Part shown: in pieces, positions 8,590 through 17,315 of the stretch | Position numbering within the stretch: the first letter of the stretch is position 1 | Layout of the letters: each line of letters starts with the position of its first letter | Assembly: GCA_050251055.1 (NCBI GenBank) | Contig: JBFWNL010000002.1 | Location: 256,001 to 320,000, forward strand | Direction of reading: 5' to 3' | From: Bacteriovoracia bacterium | GTDB lineage: Bacteria; Bdellovibrionota; UBA1018; JBFWNL01 | DNA length: 64,000 nt | Position numbers and translations under genes: made by a program | Notes under the pieces: model-generated | Databases searched by the model: none | What the model was told of the DNA's origin: nothing | The model's input: the letters and a program-made list of their open reading frames with translations, nothing else

Positions 8590-9774
8590 ATGGGCAACCC
8601 AGGCGACAAGGAAACGCCGGCTCCGTATTCTGCCTTCATCCTCGCGGTCGGCACCGAACTGACGAGCGGACAAGTCACTAACCGCAACGCCGCCTGGCTT
8701 TCCGAGCGACTCACCGATTTGGGCTTTGCCGTCGTCCTTCACGAGACAGTGCCCGATGACCGCATTCTCATTCGGGAGGCGCTCGAGCGAGGTGCCAACC
8801 TCGCGCGCTTCCAGTTTGTCACGGGTGGCCTGGGCCCAACGTCGGATGATTTTACCCGGGAAGTGATCGCCCAATGGCTGGGCTCACCGCTCGAATACCA
8901 CGCACCGTCTTGGGACCACATCGTCGCGCGCCTGACCGCCTTCAACGTCCCGGTCGCCGAATCCAACCGCCAACAGTGCTACTTCCCGCGGGGCGCTCAG
9001 GTCATCCCCAACCCCCAAGGCACCGCGAACGCGTTCGGCTGCCCCCATGCAAGAGGCCAGCTTTGGTGTTTTCCTGGCCCGCCCGTGGAGCTGGCCGCGG
9101 TGTGGGACGGAGGCATTTGCACCAGCCTGCGCGAGGTCGTACCGACCTCCGACCGCACTCAGCTCTTTCGATGGAGCTGCATGGGCAAGAGCGAGGCCCA
9201 GTTGGGTGAGATCGTCGAGGCCGCACTGGAAGGAAGCGGATTCCAAACGGGTTACCGCGCTCACATGCCGTACATCGAAATCAAGGTGTGGGTGCCCGAG
9301 CGGGAATTGGATGTATTTCCTCCGTGGCGGACGAAGCTGGAGCGCGCGATCGAGCCGTGGGTTGTCGCCACCCAGGGCGAAGATCTGGCAGACCGATTCT
9401 TGCGGGCCGTGAGCGCGGGCATCACGATTTGGGACGACGGCACCGACGGGGTTCTAGCGGAGCGCTTGTGGACCCGCATTCGCACTTCTCCCGAACTAGC
9501 GCCCCGCCCGTTTACCGTGGTCGCCCGTGGCTTCACCGCCGTATCCGACGCGGTGGAGGAAAGAGCCACCTCTCCCTTCCTTCTTCAAATTGGGAAGATT
9601 TCCGCCGAAGGCGTCTGTCACGCACGACTGAGCCGATCGGGCGCGCTGATCTGGGAGAAAACCCTGGAGTCTCCTTATCGCGTCGAGAAACTGCGCGACC
9701 GCAATCGTCGGTATATGACAGAGGTTGTCATTCGCTTATCAGAAAAGGCATTACGCGACGAGTCGACGTCGTGA
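8590..9774 (+). CDS. CinA-like competence/damage-inducible protein (molybdopterin-binding-like N-domain; divergent C-terminus)
   Basis: AVGTELTSGQVTNRNAAWL, VPDD, TGGLGPTSDDFT, NPQGTA, FPGPPVE; canonical PncC AESCTGG motif absent. Confidence 0.8.
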   Translation: MGNPGDKETPAPYSAFILAVGTELTSGQVTNRNAAWLSERLTDLGFAVVLHETVPDDRILIREALERGANLARFQFVTGGLGPTSDDFTREVIAQWLGSPLEYHAPSWDHIVARLTAFNVPVAESNRQQCYFPRGAQVIPNPQGTANAFGCPHARGQLWCFPGPPVELAAVWDGGICTSLREVVPTSDRTQLFRWSCMGKSEAQLGEIVEAALEGSGFQTGYRAHMPYIEIKVWVPERELDVFPPWRTKLERAIEPWVVATQGEDLADRFLRAVSAGITIWDDGTDGVLAERLWTRIRTSPELAPRPFTVVARGFTAVSDAVEERATSPFLLQIGKISAEGVCHARLSRSGALIWEKTLESPYRVEKLRDRNRRYMTEVVIRLSEKALRDESTS

Positions 9775-9816
9775 TTGCCGATTGCCCGACCGCCCATTCC
9801 TGTCTATGAAGGGGGA

Positions 9817-11232
9817 ATGTTGATCACTCTGCTTTTTGCTTTGCTGATGGGGAATGTCGGGTCATTTTACGTGGGCTCTGCGAGTTTCGCAAATGCAGCG
9901 GACGCCGGCTTTGAGGAGTGGATCCTCAAACAACGCGCGATCTCCACGCAACGCCTGCTCCAAAACATCCATCCGCAGGACGCGCGTCCCGGCGTCGTGA
10001 TCGCTTCCCCTTCCCGGGAAAATCCGGACTACTACTTTCACTGGGTACGCGATGCCGCCCTTACCATGGACACGGTTGCGGACTTTTACGACGACGCAAG
10101 CGGAGACCAAAAGCAGCCTTATCTCGATCTGCTGCTCGATTTCGCCGGGCTCTCGCGCGAGAACCAACTCACGCCCACGCTCAGTGGGCTGGGTGAACCT
10201 AAATTCTACGTCGACGGACGCGCCTTCGACGGCCCCTGGGGCCGCCCCCAGAACGATGGACCGGCGCTGCGCGCGCTGACCCTGATCCGTACGGCGGATC
10301 GTTTACTCGCGTTGGGCCGCCGGGACCAGGTGGCGAAATACTTATACGACGGACGTTTGCCCACCCAATCGGTGATCAAGACGGATCTGGAATTCGTGGC
10401 CCATCACTGGAGCGATCCCTGTTTCGACCTTTGGGAGGAAGTAAAAGGCGATCACTATTACACGCGGCTAGTGCAGCTCACCGCGCTCCGCTCGGGCGCG
10501 CGTCTTGCCTACGATATGAACGATCGCGGCGCCGCGAGCTTTTACGACCAACAGGCCCAACGCGTGGAGGCGAGCCTAAGCGAGTTCTGGCAGGCGGAGA
10601 AAGGGTTCCTGGGCGCGACGCTACGCCGAGTGGAAGGCGTCGACTACAAATCGTCCAACCTCGACCTTTCCGTCGTGCTCGCGCACCTGCACGTGAAGCA
10701 GGAAGGCGCGGACTCGCGTGTGCTCGCGACGGCGGCGGAGATCGAGCGAAGCTTCCGGCCCCTCTATTCCGTAAACAGCCGTGTCCTTGAGAGCCGGCCC
10801 ATTCCTGGCTTCGCCATTGGGCGTTACCCCGAAGACCGCTACTACGACGGCAACCCCTGGGTGTTGACGACGCTCGGCTTGGCGGAACTTTACTACCGCA
10901 CCGCCGCCCACTGGCTCCAACGGGGCACCATTCCTATCGACGAAACCAGCCTGCCGTTTTTTCATCGCCTGGGTTTCAGCCAGCTCACGGCGGACATGAA
11001 AATCGCCGCCGGCAATCCGCTCTTCATTCGAGTACTGGAACAGATGGAAACGCGCGCCGACGACTTCATCCGCCGCGTGCGCGTGCACGCCAATCCGGAT
11101 GGATCCCTCTCCGAGCAGATCCACCGCGAATCAGGGTTCATGGAGTCCGCACGCGACCTCACCTGGAGCCATGCGAGCTTTCTGACCGCCACCCGCGCGC
11201 GCGCGCAGTACCTGACGCGTAAAAATCGCTGA
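9817..11232 (+). CDS. Secreted glucoamylase (GH15), fungal-type
   Basis: ASPSxxNPDY..WVRDAAL, LGEPKF, WGRPQNDGPALRA, DLWEEV, GRYPEDxY..GNPW, LSEQ..SARDLTWSHA; N-terminal signal; GGGGG SD before ATG 9817. Confidence 0.92.
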   Translation: MLITLLFALLMGNVGSFYVGSASFANAADAGFEEWILKQRAISTQRLLQNIHPQDARPGVVIASPSRENPDYYFHWVRDAALTMDTVADFYDDASGDQKQPYLDLLLDFAGLSRENQLTPTLSGLGEPKFYVDGRAFDGPWGRPQNDGPALRALTLIRTADRLLALGRRDQVAKYLYDGRLPTQSVIKTDLEFVAHHWSDPCFDLWEEVKGDHYYTRLVQLTALRSGARLAYDMNDRGAASFYDQQAQRVEASLSEFWQAEKGFLGATLRRVEGVDYKSSNLDLSVVLAHLHVKQEGADSRVLATAAEIERSFRPLYSVNSRVLESRPIPGFAIGRYPEDRYYDGNPWVLTTLGLAELYYRTAAHWLQRGTIPIDETSLPFFHRLGFSQLTADMKIAAGNPLFIRVLEQMETRADDFIRRVRVHANPDGSLSEQIHRESGFMESARDLTWSHASFLTATRARAQYLTRKNR

Positions 11233-11494
11233 CCCCGTCGCCCTTGAAACGGCGATTGTTAATCACGAAATCAGATCCCGAGTATAAATGATCTGGGGGC
11301 ATTCACCGCCCTTTTACGCGGAAAACCGGATTCCCAGGGAACGCCGTCGCCTCATTTTAGGCCCTCAATCTTAACAATTATTCGGCTTATTTCCGCTCTT
11401 AAATCAAAATAATTCACGTTATTTCTTATTTAATTATTTGATTTTATTGAATTTTAATAAAAAAAGTGGATTTCGATCTCACTTTAAAAATTAC

Positions 11495-11522
11495 TTTACA
11501 TTATTACGCAGTATGTCATACT
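11495..11522 (+). promoter_or_regulatory. Sigma-70 promoter in AT-rich intergenic region
   Basis: TTTACA-16nt-CATACT with TG extension, preceded by a long AT-rich tract. Confidence 0.5.
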
Positions 11523-11568
11523 GAGTCTGTAACCGATCATCTCTCTAAACGCAGAACGTAGGTGGTAT

Positions 11569-12039
11569 ATGAATCGTGTTATCCTGGCATCGCTATTTGC
11601 TATTGCTCTCAACGCTTGTGGCCGCGCTCCGGTCCTTGAGTTGAATGAATTCGCTTCTTACGTGGAAACGTTCGAAGCCGAAGCCGCCGCTAACGGCAAC
11701 CCCCTGAAAGTTCAAGACCTCATCATCAAGTTCAGCAACAAGCTCGACAGCAAGACCGAAGGCTTGTGCACCCTGGGTTCCGACACGCCGACGATCGAAG
11801 TCAATGCGAAGACCTTCCACAAGCTTTCGGACATCCAAAAAGAAGCCTTGTTGTTCCATGAGCTGGGACACTGTGTCTTGGGCCGCGCCCACGCCAACGA
11901 GCTGGCGAACGACGGCACGGTCAGCAGCCTGATGAACGCCTACCTCCCAGACAAGTGGACGTTGCAAGCCAAGATGCCGGAGCTGGTGGCTGAACTATTC
12001 ACCAAGGAAAAGATTAACGAGCTGGCTCTGAACAAATAA
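11569..12039 (+). CDS. Lipoprotein with zinc-metallopeptidase HExxH motif
   Basis: Lipobox LNA|C; HELGHCVLGRAH and downstream SLM (Met-turn-like). Confidence 0.8.
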   Translation: MNRVILASLFAIALNACGRAPVLELNEFASYVETFEAEAAANGNPLKVQDLIIKFSNKLDSKTEGLCTLGSDTPTIEVNAKTFHKLSDIQKEALLFHELGHCVLGRAHANELANDGTVSSLMNAYLPDKWTLQAKMPELVAELFTKEKINELALNK

Positions 12040-14062
12040 GTTCGAAGATACGACGATACTCCACGGCCTCCCGATAACGCTCGGGGCGGCTGAGACAACG
12101 AATTAAAAAGCGAGCGGGGGCTAAATCCCGGTGGAGGTCGACCTCCACCGGGCAAGCCTCCCCCGTGATCTCCGAAGCCAGTATTTCTCCCGCTAGTGGC
12201 GCGTACACGAGCCCACGGGAGCCAAACCCCAAGTTCAAATAAAGTCCCGACCAATAGCTCCCGGGTGGAAACGGCGCCCGGCGGTAATCGCGCCCCTGCT
12301 GGAGGCCGGCGTAATCCCGCAAAAACGTGCGGGCATCGGGCGCCGGTCCCACGATGGGAAAGTGATCAGGCGTGGTCGTCCGTATGGACACGCGGGAATC
12401 CAAGCGCTCGCCCAATTCCGCCGCCCACGCGAACGTACGCACGGCCCCATCCCGCAACTGCGCGCTGACTTCCGCGCTGGGATCGCGCCCCTCGACGTTC
12501 CGATCGTGACTCGCGCCCAATAAATGAGCGCCTTCCCATGCGGGCGTGAGGTAGCCCCTAAAGGAAAGCACGGCCTTCAGCGCGGTGGCAGGGCCGGATG
12601 CCACCCGATCGACCTGTCCCTTCAGCGGCCGAAACGGAAGCCAGTCTGTCTCCGCGCAAGCCAGCGAATCCAGCGCATTGGCCAAAACCACCACCGGCGC
12701 GCGCAACTCCCCTCCTCCCTGCAAATGCACTCGCCAAGGCTCATCCTTCTCGGGAGGCGCCGTAAGGCCGGTGAACTCGGCACGAAATCGGCATTGGATC
12801 CTGTCCCCGTAAGCGGCCAGCAACTCGCGGCAGTAAGCACGTGGGTCCAGCGAGCCTCCGGCGGGAAAGTACAGCGCTGGAGCGGGGCAATGGACACCCG
12901 CCACCGCGGCGGCTTCGTCCGCGCTCAAATATCGAAAAATGGCGTCTCCTCCGGGCCAGCTCTCGATCGCGGCGGTGAACCGGTCGCGCGTGCGCTCATC
13001 CACCTCCAACTGCAGCAACCCCGAAGGTTGATCACCCACGTCGACCCCCGCGCGGCTCAGCTCCGCAAGCTGGCGACGCAAGAACCCAAATGCTGCAACT
13101 GAGTAGCGGCTCATCGTATTGGGCTGGGCGGCCACGAGCGGATAATAGACCGCTCGCGCGTTGCCGGAAGCTCCCACGGCCGGGCCTTCTCCACGATCCA
13201 ACACGGTCACTTCCCAGTCCCGCCGAGCCAGCGCCGTGGCCACCGAAACTCCGGCTAGGCCCGCGCCAACGACGATCGCACGCTTTTCCGCTGCCAGCGC
13301 CGGGCGAGTCTCCGCCCAAGCAAACGGGCTGGGCGCGGTCGCCGGAAGCTTCGAGAGCGATCCCCGCAAGAGCTCGCGCTTGCCGGCGAAGCCCGCGACC
13401 CGCTCCACCGCGAAACCCGCGCTTTCGAGATCCCGCCGAACCTTTCCCGCCGCGGAGTAGGTGCTGAAAGTCGTCTTGCCCACGCGGGAGCGGCGGGCCA
13501 GCTCGGAAAAAAGCTCGGGCGACCACATCTCCGGGTTTTTCGCCGGGGAAAACCCGTCCAAATACCAAGCATCGAAATCATCGCCTCGCAACGAACGAAA
13601 GCCGTCAAACGCTTCCCCCACCATCAAAACCAGCTGCACTTCCGGCAAGAAATCAATGAGATGAAATCCGGGCATCGCGGGAGGCCAGACGGCCATCAGC
13701 CGATCCCGCAATTTCGCAAGCTCCGTGCGATCGACGGCGACATCCCCCGCAAGCGGGTCGCCCAAAATCTGGTCCCAGCCCGCGCCCAACTCGGCGACCG
13801 TAAGCGGGTGCAGTTCGCTCGCGAAGTACCGCAAGCGCGCCGGTGATCGGGTGCTCGTCCGCCAGAGTCGGGCCGTCAGCAGGAAATTCACCCCGTAGCC
13901 GAAGCCCAGCTCGCCGATTTGAAAGTTACCGCCGCGCGCGAAGCGCTCAGGCAGCCGGTTCTGTTCCAGGAAGACGAAATTTTTTTCCGCGAGCGCGCCC
14001 CCTTTGGAAAAAAAATAATCTCCGTAGCGATTAGAATAGGGAGTATCCACGCACTCCCTCAA
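12014..14062 (-). CDS. mnmC: Bifunctional tRNA mnm5s2U34 methyltransferase / FAD-dependent oxidoreductase MnmC
   Basis: ELGFGYGVNF, DAWYLDGFSPAKNPEMWS, TYSAAG; VVGAGLAG FAD motif, ASGN, GFGSRGL; TTG start overlaps upstream stop. Confidence 0.9.
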   Translation of the reverse strand: MRECVDTPYSNRYGDYFFSKGGALAEKNFVFLEQNRLPERFARGGNFQIGELGFGYGVNFLLTARLWRTSTRSPARLRYFASELHPLTVAELGAGWDQILGDPLAGDVAVDRTELAKLRDRLMAVWPPAMPGFHLIDFLPEVQLVLMVGEAFDGFRSLRGDDFDAWYLDGFSPAKNPEMWSPELFSELARRSRVGKTTFSTYSAAGKVRRDLESAGFAVERVAGFAGKRELLRGSLSKLPATAPSPFAWAETRPALAAEKRAIVVGAGLAGVSVATALARRDWEVTVLDRGEGPAVGASGNARAVYYPLVAAQPNTMSRYSVAAFGFLRRQLAELSRAGVDVGDQPSGLLQLEVDERTRDRFTAAIESWPGGDAIFRYLSADEAAAVAGVHCPAPALYFPAGGSLDPRAYCRELLAAYGDRIQCRFRAEFTGLTAPPEKDEPWRVHLQGGGELRAPVVVLANALDSLACAETDWLPFRPLKGQVDRVASGPATALKAVLSFRGYLTPAWEGAHLLGASHDRNVEGRDPSAEVSAQLRDGAVRTFAWAAELGERLDSRVSIRTTTPDHFPIVGPAPDARTFLRDYAGLQQGRDYRRAPFPPGSYWSGLYLNLGFGSRGLVYAPLAGEILASEITGEACPVEVDLHRDLAPARFLIRCLSRPERYREAVEYRRIFELICSEPAR

Positions 14063-14880
14063 AAGTCGGGATCAGGATCGGAGTCAGGCGACTCGTCCTC
14101 GGTGGGAGCGGCGGTCCCCGGGGGGGCCTTCTCGAACGAAAGCGTCTGCGCATTAATGCCTTCGATCTCCGCCGGATCCAGGTAATGGGCTTGGGCCATG
14201 CGCTCGAGCACGCGTTTAATAGAATGCTGGATGAACGGCGTCAGCTGCGCCTTGCGGAAAGATTGGCTGTAGCGCTTGGGGCTCGGCAAGAGCACGGCCA
14301 GAAAAGCGCCCTCGCGTGGATTCAGCTCCGTGGGAGATTTTTGAAAATAAAGGCGCGCGCCTTCGCGCAATCCATAAGTCCCCTCACCCAGCTCGACGAT
14401 GTTGAGGTAAATCTCCAGAATGCGTTCCTTCGAAAGAAGTTTTTCGATCTGGATCGCGAGGATCAGTTCCCGCGCTTTCCGAAAGAGGCTCTTCTTTTGA
14501 TCGAGAAAAACGTTTCGGACCACCTGCTGGGTAATGGTGCTGGCGCCCCGAACCAGCTTCTTGCGCTCGAGACTGTCGCCGATCGCGTCTTCAATTTGAT
14601 TCAGGTCATAACCCGGATGATTAAAGAAAGCCCAGTCTTCGCTGACGAGGATCGCTCCCCTCACCGCGCGCGGGACCTCGCCCAAGGTCACCCAACCCCG
14701 TGGGCGCTCTAGCTGAAGCTTGACCAAGGCGGATTTTTTCTTGGCGTCATAGTGGACAACCGGATACTGCTTTTTGAGCGAGGAAATATCCGGAATCGTC
14801 AGAACGAAGGCGAATACCGCGAGCGCGAAGGCCGCGGCAAATCCCAACGCAAGGAGGAAAAAGCCGTTCCACTTGGACAT
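14059..14880 (-). CDS. mtgA: Monofunctional biosynthetic peptidoglycan transglycosylase (GT51)
   Basis: SEDWAFFNHPG, RGASTITQQVVRNVFL, RKARE, KERILEIYLN, LPSP; N-terminal TM; start trimmed to MSKW. Confidence 0.85.
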   Translation of the reverse strand: MSKWNGFFLLALGFAAAFALAVFAFVLTIPDISSLKKQYPVVHYDAKKKSALVKLQLERPRGWVTLGEVPRAVRGAILVSEDWAFFNHPGYDLNQIEDAIGDSLERKKLVRGASTITQQVVRNVFLDQKKSLFRKARELILAIQIEKLLSKERILEIYLNIVELGEGTYGLREGARLYFQKSPTELNPREGAFLAVLLPSPKRYSQSFRKAQLTPFIQHSIKRVLERMAQAHYLDPAEIEGINAQTLSFEKAPPGTAAPTEDESPDSDPDPDF

Positions 14881-14902
14881 GAACTGGTTATATAATTCAA
14901 AG

Positions 14903-15415
14903 ATGCGTCGTTGGAAACTGCTAGCCGGCATATTCTTCATCTCGACCCTGGCTCCCGACTCGCCCCCCTCCCAGGCGGACGAGGCCAAACGCTTCTTCCT
15001 GTGCCGTTTCGGTCCGGAGATCCATTTCGTCGCGAAACGCCATAACAAACCCGGAAGCTGCGAAGGTAGCGTCAACATCCAGGTCAAACGCTGGAATTGC
15101 ACGACCCTGAAAGACGTGGCGAACGAGACCCGCGAGTTCCTCAAATCCATTACGGAGATGGGGGCGGAGCAATGTCGTCAACACTGCGCGGAACGCGGAG
15201 CGGGATGCGAGTCGAAGTTCATCAAGCCGCTCCACTGCGGATTCTCGGTCCCCCAAATGCACGCGGCGGGCGTCGGCAAGAACGCAGGCTGCCATGACGG
15301 CTGCGACGGGACGGCTTTCGCATACTGCTCGCTCTATCACGACGGGTACGTGCAAACGAATCCCGCGCGGGTCGAAAAAATGACCCCGAACTGCACCTGT
15401 TTCCGGAAAAAATAA
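14903..15415 (+). CDS. Cysteine-rich secreted protein (12 Cys)
   Basis: MRRWKLLAGIFFISTLA signal-like N-terminus; TATAAT 6 nt upstream of ATG. Confidence 0.7.
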   Translation: MRRWKLLAGIFFISTLAPDSPPSQADEAKRFFLCRFGPEIHFVAKRHNKPGSCEGSVNIQVKRWNCTTLKDVANETREFLKSITEMGAEQCRQHCAERGAGCESKFIKPLHCGFSVPQMHAAGVGKNAGCHDGCDGTAFAYCSLYHDGYVQTNPARVEKMTPNCTCFRKK

Positions 15416-15433
15416 GCGGAGCTTCCGAAGTTC

Positions 15434-16645
15434 CTAAGAAACCGTCGAAACCTGGCGGCGCAGCTGTTGCCACAAATGGATATATCCGCGACGGGCGTCA
15501 CGAAAAGCCGCCTTGTAGGCTTTCATTTCGCGCACCCAGATCGTCTTGAGCAGGCGGCGTTCGCGGCGGTCGATCAGCTTGCGCTCGGTGAGCCACCACT
15601 GGCGGTACCGCTTCTTCACGTCGGAGAGCTCGCCTAGCGCTTCTTCGGCCCGGGCCAAGCTCTTTTCCATCGCTTCCCAAACCGAATCGGACCAAGCCGA
15701 TGCGCGGGATTCGAGCAACTCGCGCGCCTGCTCGTGCTTGCGATTCAGGCGCGATTTGATGATCAAAGCGTCGGGCACCCGCTGCAGCTTGGAGGTCACG
15801 CCGATTTTTTCCAGCAGATAGATAAACCATTTCGATGGGTCGTACTGGTACCAGCGCACGCCGTTGCGGTAATCGCTGGCGAACGTGTGGTGGAAATTAT
15901 GATAGCCCTCGCCCAACGCGGGCACCGCGAGCCACCAGCAGTCGCGGGCCGTGCTGTCCGTCGAATACGGGCGCGAACCGAAGTAGTGCGCACCGGAGTT
16001 AATCAAGAAAGTCGCGTGATGCAGGACCACCGTGCGCACCAGGCATCCCCAAACGATGCCGCCCACCGGATTCCCCATGGTCCAGCCGAGCAGAGCCGGA
16101 AATCCCAGACCAAAAACGGTGGCGATTCGAAGGTAGTAGCGGGCCTGCCACTGCACGAGCGGATCCCGCTCGAGATCGACCGCGTTCTTGTAGTTGCGCC
16201 CCACCGGGTCGCCGAAAAAAATCCACCCGATATGCGCCCACCAAAACCCTTTATTAATATTATAAGGGTCGGAAGCTTTATCGACGTGCAGGTGATGAAA
16301 TCGATGATCGGAAGCCCAGTGCAGGACCGAGTTCTGGAGGCCGGCGGCTCCGAAGCAAAGGAAGAAAAGCTTCAACGCGCGATTGGATTCGTAGGTTCGA
16401 TGAGCGAAGAGGCGGTGATACCCCCCCGTGATGGAGAATCCCACGAAGACCATCATCACCAGGAAAACCACGGCATCGCTCCATTGAAACCCGTAGTTCC
16501 GCAAATACCAGATCGTCGCAACCAGGGTGATCAGGGGAAATCCCGTCAGAAAGACGATGTTGACCCAGTTGGGCTTGGCGGTGCTCCAATCCGGCTTGTC
16601 GTTCCATTCCCGAGCCACTTCACGAGCTGCATGGTCTTGCGTCAT
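15434..16645 (-). CDS. Acyl-CoA (delta-9) fatty acid desaturase
   Basis: His boxes HRLFAH, HRFHH, HNFHH; GEGYHNFHHTFASDYRNG; C-terminal coiled coil. Confidence 0.93.
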   Translation of the reverse strand: MTQDHAAREVAREWNDKPDWSTAKPNWVNIVFLTGFPLITLVATIWYLRNYGFQWSDAVVFLVMMVFVGFSITGGYHRLFAHRTYESNRALKLFFLCFGAAGLQNSVLHWASDHRFHHLHVDKASDPYNINKGFWWAHIGWIFFGDPVGRNYKNAVDLERDPLVQWQARYYLRIATVFGLGFPALLGWTMGNPVGGIVWGCLVRTVVLHHATFLINSGAHYFGSRPYSTDSTARDCWWLAVPALGEGYHNFHHTFASDYRNGVRWYQYDPSKWFIYLLEKIGVTSKLQRVPDALIIKSRLNRKHEQARELLESRASAWSDSVWEAMEKSLARAEEALGELSDVKKRYRQWWLTERKLIDRRERRLLKTIWVREMKAYKAAFRDARRGYIHLWQQLRRQVSTVS

Positions 16646-16651
16646 GGCTCG

Positions 16652-16680
16652 ATGCTAACACCAACGCGAGTGGGCTTAAA
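16652..16680 (-). promoter_or_regulatory. Sigma-70 promoter, probably leaderless
   Basis: TTTAAG-17nt-TAGCAT (TG-extended), 6 nt before the desaturase ATG. Confidence 0.6.
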
Positions 16681-16689
16681 CCCGATTTT

Positions 16690-17142
16690 TCAGGGCTTTT
16701 GGACTTCGGCGGCGATATTCCGCACGGCTTTCTGGGCGGCGGGCGGGAGCGCATCGAGAAAACGCTCAGGATTTTCCTGCGCTTTTTGGAGAAATTCAGC
16801 CGCTTTGGCTGGATCATCGCCCACTTGTCCGACAATGAACTTGGAAACCTCGACCGCAGCCGCCGCCAGGGCTTCCTTGGCCTTCGGATTATTTTGAATC
16901 GCTTCCATCGCCCGGGTAGGCGCGGAAATTTGCGGCAAAGCCAGGCTCACTTCGCTCGGCGCCACTACCGCGGCGACTTCGGTGCGCTGAAGGCCGCGTT
17001 TCTGGTTTTGGATTCGATTAGCTATGTCCGCGACATATCTTTGAAAAACCGATGGCTCGATGGCCTGAGCCGAAGGCAGACCGCTGTAGCTAAGTGCGCT
17101 CACGAGGAGCAAAATCGACAAGTACCACCCTTTTCCTAACAT
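16690..17142 (-). CDS. Hypothetical secreted helical protein
   Basis: Signal peptide ending AQA; Ala/Gln/Glu-rich helical C-terminus. Confidence 0.7.
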   Translation of the reverse strand: MLGKGWYLSILLLVSALSYSGLPSAQAIEPSVFQRYVADIANRIQNQKRGLQRTEVAAVVAPSEVSLALPQISAPTRAMEAIQNNPKAKEALAAAAVEVSKFIVGQVGDDPAKAAEFLQKAQENPERFLDALPPAAQKAVRNIAAEVQKP

Positions 17143-17315
17143 CTTTAGTAATAGTAATGCGTCGCGTTAATAAATGAGAATGTGTAAACGCAGACACCCC
17201 AAAAAAAGTGAAAAACATCGACCGATTGCGCGCATCCTAAACTGTATAAATTTAGTTGATTATTTTAATAATGTATAGGAAAATCAAGAGTAGAGGAACG
17301 TACGGGGAGGATTAA

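Noticed and set aside
11236-11260. Terminator after the glucoamylase
   Set aside because: Only a 5-6 bp stem with a weak U-tract; not convincing.
14881-15150. N-terminal extensions of ORF-track calls (mtgA from 15150; also 8527, 19883, 22095, 40735, 41659, 42213, 47801, 49750)
   Set aside because: They overlap neighbouring genes, promoters or the riboswitch; downstream starts fit the family N-termini and SD or -10 signals better.
15734-16897. Long antisense ORFs (e.g. 15734-16897, 25580-26428, 27942-29033, 36179-37213, 47993-48916, 52589-53686)
   Set aside because: Shadow frames opposite well-supported genes, expected in high-GC DNA, with no motifs.
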